From IMG/VR virus record IMGVR_UViG_3300044825_000904, positions 32,001 through 96,000 of that record: DNA of 64,000 nucleotides. One strand, written 5' to 3'. The notes under the pieces are model-generated. The model did not search any database and was not told where the DNA came from. It worked only from the letters and a program-made list of their open reading frames with translations. Of this stretch, positions 59,521 through 64,000 are shown piece by piece. Each line of letters opens with the position of its first letter. Position 1 is the first letter of the stretch. This stretch comes from a virus. The translations under genes and the position numbers were made by a program.

Positions 59521-59713
59521 ATGTGGACACAAACATCCTGTACAGCAATTATGGGATTACTTTGATCAAAGTTTAGCCGAATATTCTGTAATGTACAGAT
59601 GTATGTCTTGTGATCAGAAAATTAAGATGGAAGTAAATGTAAATGGGTTTTTAGTATTAAGAAATGATAGGCCAAGGAAAAAACCAAGCATTTTACAACC
59701 AGAAAGCTGTTGA
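59477..59713 (+). CDS. Zinc-ribbon protein
   Basis: CPKC...CMSC. Confidence 0.55.
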   Translation: MQRKAIKTDRTECPKCGHKHPVQQLWDYFDQSLAEYSVMYRCMSCDQKIKMEVNVNGFLVLRNDRPRKKPSILQPESC

Positions 59714-59900
59714 ATGGGTAGATGAGTTTATGAAGAATAATGAGCCATTGATTGACTTTATTTCTTTTGATGGCCACATTATTCATAACTCTCACTACAC
59801 ATTAGAACTCTGGAAAACCAGATTATTAAATAACAAAGGAGCTGAAGAAAGAGCAGCGTTTATAAGAATTAAGAAATTTAAAGATTGGTATAATGGGTAA
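59664..59900 (+). CDS. Hypothetical protein
   Basis: Operon ORF. Confidence 0.5.
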   Translation: MIGQGKNQAFYNQKAVEWVDEFMKNNEPLIDFISFDGHIIHNSHYTLELWKTRLLNNKGAEERAAFIRIKKFKDWYNG

Positions 59901-60108
59901 AATCATAATTAAGAACAATACAGATATATCTGATATTAGTGTTTTAGAATGCGTAAAAGATGTTATAAATGCTGGAAGAATTTCCAACAATGATACTCAA
60001 TATTGTTACTTAACTGTATTTAAGATTAATGGTATAGAGCATCATATTGTAACTGATTTGCGTAAATGTTCTGATGTTTTTACTTTTTACAAAAGCTCAC
60101 ATAAATAA
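59893..60108 (+). CDS. Hypothetical protein
   Basis: VINAGRISN...QYCYLTVF. Confidence 0.55.
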   Translation: MGKIIIKNNTDISDISVLECVKDVINAGRISNNDTQYCYLTVFKINGIEHHIVTDLRKCSDVFTFYKSSHK

Positions 60109-60109
60109 T

Positions 60110-60475
60110 ATGGAAAAAGAATTTGTAACATACGAGCAAGCATTAGCCTTAAAGGAATTAGGGTTTGATCAAGAATGTTGTGGGGGATACAAGAAATCAT
60201 TCCCTTATGATAATGAATGGAAATTTTACATTGATGATATATATTGTCAAATTCAAGCCCCACTTAAACAACAAGTATTTAGATGGTTTGATAAAAAGTA
60301 TAATTTATTTGGATACATAGAAAGGTTTCAAGGTGGCAGATATGAAGATGTAATTTCTGGCAATTTTATGGAAGAATATGATGATGGAATATTTTTTGAT
60401 ACAATTGAGGATGCAGAAAATAATTGCATTAACAGATTAATTGAATTAGCTAAACAACAAGACAATGGAAAATGA
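60110..60475 (+). CDS. Hypothetical protein (common Bacteroidota phage family)
   Basis: MEKEFVTYEQALALKELGFD...APLKQQVFRWF. Confidence 0.6.
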   Translation: MEKEFVTYEQALALKELGFDQECCGGYKKSFPYDNEWKFYIDDIYCQIQAPLKQQVFRWFDKKYNLFGYIERFQGGRYEDVISGNFMEEYDDGIFFDTIEDAENNCINRLIELAKQQDNGK

Positions 60476-60599
60476 AATGCGTGAAGACATTAAGAAAGCA
60501 CTTAAATTTGTAGAATATGCTGTATTTTCAGCTCTAATCATAGGTTTAGTGCTAGGTGGTGTAATTGGTGGTTTAACAGTATTTGCTTTAATGAGATGA
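60465..60599 (+). CDS. 44-aa TM peptide (not in track)
   Basis: MENEMREDIKKALKFVEYAVFSALIIGLVLGGVIGGLTVFALMR; ATGA overlap with next gene. Confidence 0.5.
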   Translation: MENEMREDIKKALKFVEYAVFSALIIGLVLGGVIGGLTVFALMR

Positions 60600-61072
60600 G
60601 AAATAAGATGCTAGGATTAGGTGATTTCTTTCAAGAAGTTCTATCTAATATGAATTTAGTGATCAGAGATGAAGAATTATTAGCTTCATTGAATCAAACT
60701 AAGCTTACAGGAACTCCTGGTTTAGAAATTCTATACACTAAGACTAAAGAATTAGAGCCATTAGCTATTCCTATGGTTAATTCTCAAGATATTTTAGAAG
60801 ATGTAGAGAAGAAAGAAGCTAAATTCTTAGAGTTTTGGAATACATACAATAAGAAAACAGGTCAAATTAAAGCAAAACCTAGATTCCTAAAGCTTACTTG
60901 GAAAGAAATTGATGCTATATTTGCAACCCTTCCACACTATTTAAAGGCAACTCCAGATGTAAAGTTTAGAAAAGACCCTTTTACTTACTTAAATCAAAGG
61001 ACTTGGGAAGATGAAATGTACTTACCAAAAGCCCAAGAAGCTAAAAAGAATATAGTATTTAGATTCGATTAA
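60596..61072 (+). CDS. Replication initiator/helicase-loader-like protein
   Basis: FLEFWNTYNKK...FRKDPFTYLNQRTWEDE; directly upstream of DnaB. Confidence 0.65.
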   Translation: MRNKMLGLGDFFQEVLSNMNLVIRDEELLASLNQTKLTGTPGLEILYTKTKELEPLAIPMVNSQDILEDVEKKEAKFLEFWNTYNKKTGQIKAKPRFLKLTWKEIDAIFATLPHYLKATPDVKFRKDPFTYLNQRTWEDEMYLPKAQEAKKNIVFRFD

Positions 61073-61089
61073 AATTAAGAGTTACAACT

Positions 61090-62442
61090 ATGAAAGCTAA
61101 AGAGAAAATATCATTTACCGATTTAGATGCGGAAAAGGAAGTTATATCACTAATCACTTCTAATCCTTCTGCATTTAAACAAGTGCAAAAAATAATCAAA
61201 CCAAACATATTTCACTTCGAACAAACTAGAAGTGTATTTTTGGCTTGTGCTGAGTTATTTTCTGAAAAGGGTAACTATACCTTAACCGATGTAGTATTGA
61301 GGCTTAAATCAAGCGGAAACAATGATTGGGCTACCTTATTAGCCTCCACAACTACTCATTCATCTACAAGTACCAATGAATTACTCATTTACCTAGCTGA
61401 ATTGAAGGGTAAGAGAGATTTAATGGACTTATCAAGACAAATCACTAATGATTTAGCTAACGGATCAGATTACTTTTCTTTGGTAGACAAGGTAAACTAC
61501 ATTACTAATCAAGAGATGTTTAAGGATGACGATAAGGAGATTGTAGATATGAAATCTGCCTTAGTGGATGCCTTAAATAATCTAGGAGATGTAATGACTA
61601 ATGGACAAACTGCAGGAGTTCCTACAGGTTATCCTAAGTTAGATGATATTACAGGTGGGTGGCTAAAAGGTAATGTTATCCTATTTGCTGCAAGGCCAGG
61701 ACAAGGTAAAACCATTTGCCTACTAGAACACGCTAGGAATGCCTCCGCTATGGGGCATAATGTATTATTCTTATCCCTAGAGATGCCTGTGATATCTTTG
61801 ATTTACCGAATGATTTCTGGAACATTGGATAGTTATACCCCTTACTCCAAAATAAAGACAGGAAGGATAAATATTGACCAATTTTCGGCTATTCAAAAGG
61901 ATGCTATAGCTAAACTAGAAAAGCTACCTATTACTTGGTATGATGGAGCTAATAGAGATATCAATTATTTGTCGGCTTTAATACAAAAGATTGTAAGAGA
62001 GAAAGATATTAAAATGGTGGTTATTGATTATATGCAATTGATAACTGATTCTAACATTAAGAGTAATGATGAAACAGCCGTAGTGGGATCAGTATCCAAG
62101 AAGATACAACAGTTATCTAAGAAGTTAGATATTCCTTTCTTATGTGCTGCCCAATTAAATAGACAATCAGAAGGAAGAAGCTCACATAGGCCAAAACTAT
62201 CAGATTTACGTTCTTCTGGACAAATTGAACAAGATGCTTCCGTAGTTATTGGATTATATAGAGATGACTATTATAAGTATGAGAGAGCTAAAGAAGAAGG
62301 TAATAACAATGTAGAGTTTGATAATACCATTGAATACATCTTTATGAAGAATAGAGATGGACTAACTGCAACCCACGAAATGTTCATTGATGTAGCCACA
62401 TCTAAAATAAAAGAACATAACTTTATAGGGAACAAATTTTGA
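61090..62442 (+). CDS. dnaB: DnaB-like replicative helicase
   Basis: AARPGQGKT, FLSLEM, VIDYMQL, AQLNR, LSDLRSSGQIEQDA, KNRDG. Confidence 0.95.
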   Translation: MKAKEKISFTDLDAEKEVISLITSNPSAFKQVQKIIKPNIFHFEQTRSVFLACAELFSEKGNYTLTDVVLRLKSSGNNDWATLLASTTTHSSTSTNELLIYLAELKGKRDLMDLSRQITNDLANGSDYFSLVDKVNYITNQEMFKDDDKEIVDMKSALVDALNNLGDVMTNGQTAGVPTGYPKLDDITGGWLKGNVILFAARPGQGKTICLLEHARNASAMGHNVLFLSLEMPVISLIYRMISGTLDSYTPYSKIKTGRINIDQFSAIQKDAIAKLEKLPITWYDGANRDINYLSALIQKIVREKDIKMVVIDYMQLITDSNIKSNDETAVVGSVSKKIQQLSKKLDIPFLCAAQLNRQSEGRSSHRPKLSDLRSSGQIEQDASVVIGLYRDDYYKYERAKEEGNNNVEFDNTIEYIFMKNRDGLTATHEMFIDVATSKIKEHNFIGNKF

Positions 62443-62472
62443 GTAAGTTAATTTTTTTCATAGTTGTAAATT

Positions 62473-62504
62473 AATCCCCTTGGTTATTGACCTTGGGGAT
62501 TTTC
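62473..62504. terminator. Terminator between convergent transcription units
   Basis: AATCCCC...GGGGATTTT. Confidence 0.65.
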
Positions 62505-62598
62505 GTTTATAACGCAAAAAGGAGGATAAAATCCCCCTAATTGCACACACAATCCAAATCACACAAAACGTACTGCAATTTAGGAATTAATATTAGAA

Positions 62599-63831
62599 CT
62601 ATAAATTCACTTTAGTTCCTATCATTCCCATATATGTTTGGGGTACTATTGGGTTTGTATTGAATGATGTTTTTAATGCAAAATTGAACTTAAATCGTTT
62701 AGTAAACGCAATATCGAAATTAAATCCAGTCATTACACCAATATCATCACCAGTTACAAAAACTTTTTGATCAGTTAGATACCCAGTTGAGCTACCAGAT
62801 AGATAAACATCTGGGCTAATAGTAAGTCTTTTGCTCACTTTTACAGGAATAGTATAAAATAATAAGATGTTATTTGACAAATTAAGGCCATTATCAGCTC
62901 CTGCTACACTAAATGTATAGTTAGCACCACTAACACCATATTTACCTAATGGATAGATATAAGCTGCAGTAGCAAAGCCTAGCACACTTCCACCTAGATA
63001 AACTCCAGTAATACCATAGTTGCTTATGGATTGTAGCTTACCCTCATTGAAGTTCATTAAGGTATATCTACCACTTAAAGCAAACTGATCAAATGTAGAC
63101 CAAATCATTGAAGATATACCCCAAGAAGTGTTTCCCATTAAAGAAGATTGAGACATTCCTACGGAAGCTATAATAGATACCACATCCGTAGTAGGGGCAA
63201 TAGTGAAGTCACTAGAATAAATAATAGGATTAACTTTAGCTACACTCTTAGAAGAAGATTTCTTTTCTGATTTACTTTCTGATTTAGATTCTTCTTTCTT
63301 TTCCTCACTCTTAGATTCAGAGCTACTTTCACTCTTTTCTTCACTCTTGGACTCCGTTTTAGTTTCTGATTTAGTTTCAGTCTTAGGAGTTTCAGAAGAT
63401 GATGAAGAAGAACTAGAAGTTGTAGAAGGTGCTGGAGTAGATACAGGAGGAGGGCTAGAAACAGCAGCAGAAGTAGCAGCACTAGCTGCAGCACTTGTAG
63501 CAGAAGAAGTTGCTTGAGATGTAGCAGCACTTGTAGCTTGAGCTACTGCTTGTTGTACTGCTTTAGCTACTGTTTGTGTTACAGCAACTTCAGCCTGTGG
63601 GCAAGGAAAATTTACAGTTAAGTTATTAATCCAGGCTTGTAATTCACCTGTAGTGATATCATTTGCTGTTACTACCCGATATTTGCCACGATACACTATG
63701 GTAGTTTTTCCATTTGCAATAGGTACTGTAACCACTACTACCTGACCAGAACAAGGGTCTACAAAAGTTTGTGTCAGAACTTGTGCTTGGGTTAATAAAG
63801 GAAGGAATAGTAGTAGTAATAACCATTTCAC
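62599..63831 (-). CDS. Secreted protein: signal peptide, 2-Cys domain, long A/S/T/E/K linker, C-terminal beta-barrel-like domain
   Basis: MKWLLLLLFLPLLTQA|Q signal; alternating beta-strand pattern over the last ~210 aa. Confidence 0.6.
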   Translation of the reverse strand: MKWLLLLLFLPLLTQAQVLTQTFVDPCSGQVVVVTVPIANGKTTIVYRGKYRVVTANDITTGELQAWINNLTVNFPCPQAEVAVTQTVAKAVQQAVAQATSAATSQATSSATSAAASAATSAAVSSPPPVSTPAPSTTSSSSSSSSETPKTETKSETKTESKSEEKSESSSESKSEEKKEESKSESKSEKKSSSKSVAKVNPIIYSSDFTIAPTTDVVSIIASVGMSQSSLMGNTSWGISSMIWSTFDQFALSGRYTLMNFNEGKLQSISNYGITGVYLGGSVLGFATAAYIYPLGKYGVSGANYTFSVAGADNGLNLSNNILLFYTIPVKVSKRLTISPDVYLSGSSTGYLTDQKVFVTGDDIGVMTGFNFDIAFTKRFKFNFALKTSFNTNPIVPQTYMGMIGTKVNL

Positions 63832-64000
63832 TATTTGAAGATTTTTTTCTTGATCATTCTAACAATAATCTTACTTGCAGCACCCTCAAGAGCTTTCTTC
63901 GTAGAAGCTCCAATAGTTGATTGATTGAACTTTATCTCACTAAAGTTATTATCGTTCATTAGAGTAGCCTCTCTAGTAGTCTTAGCATCACCTAAACCAC
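63831..64000 (-). CDS. C-terminus of CsgG/HfaB-like protein (truncated by window)
   Basis: Manual translation GLGDAKTTREATLMND...KFNQSTIGASTKKALEGAASKIIVRMIKKKIFK*; stop overlaps the next start codon. Confidence 0.45.
   Translation of the reverse strand, partial: GLGDAKTTREATLMNDNNFSEIKFNQSTIGASTKKALEGAASKIIVRMIKKKIFK

Noticed and set aside
61057-61075. Eighth Fur-like box (ATTTAGATTCGATTAAAAT)
   Set aside because: Five mismatches to consensus; plausible by chance in AT-rich DNA
150-63530. Short antisense or alternate-frame ORFs nested in long genes (e.g. 150-464, 3411-3755, 9189-9569, 22328-22636, 45453-45749, 63240-63530)
   Set aside because: Shadow ORFs of well-supported genes, with no motifs or expression signals
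1-64000. Prophage in a bacterial chromosome
   Set aside because: No host housekeeping genes, integrase or att-like repeats recognised in the window

Overview
All-phage window, AT-rich, with a Bacteroidota host inferred from repeated TTTG...TAnnTTTG promoters, no Shine-Dalgarno pattern and a BACON domain. It holds two different virion-morphogenesis modules on the minus strand, joined through one 1715-aa tail-fibre ORF. Module A (1 to ~31.3 kb) resembles a Flavobacteria/Cellulophaga-type podovirus: nrdA 3' end, phosphoesterase, ferritin-like gene with an in-frame TAG, 2115/483/303-aa internal virion proteins, split tail stabilisation protein, ring proteins, MCP, scaffold, portal, TerL, GroES-like protein, 2OG-Fe(II) oxygenase and a GT4/BAHT glycosyltransferase fusion. 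Module B (~34-64 kb) is an HK97-type siphovirus: TerS/TerL, portal, gpF-like protein, protease, MCP, connectors, tail tube, G/GT frameshift chaperones and tape measure. It continues through a 1.27-kb repeat-rich strand switch into early/replication genes (beta-clamp-like, RusA, tRNA-CAU, SSB-like, PD-(D/E)XK nuclease, DnaB) and a CsgG-like/secreted beta-protein pair at the right edge. Most notable: seven Bacteroidota Fur-box-like 19-bp palindromes upstream of module B's operons, the two-virion chimera with a compositionally mosaic fibre gene, a phage BAHT-like transferase, a probable second frameshift in a tail gene, and GGCC/CCWGG enrichment in the early region. All calls are by eye; no database searches were run.
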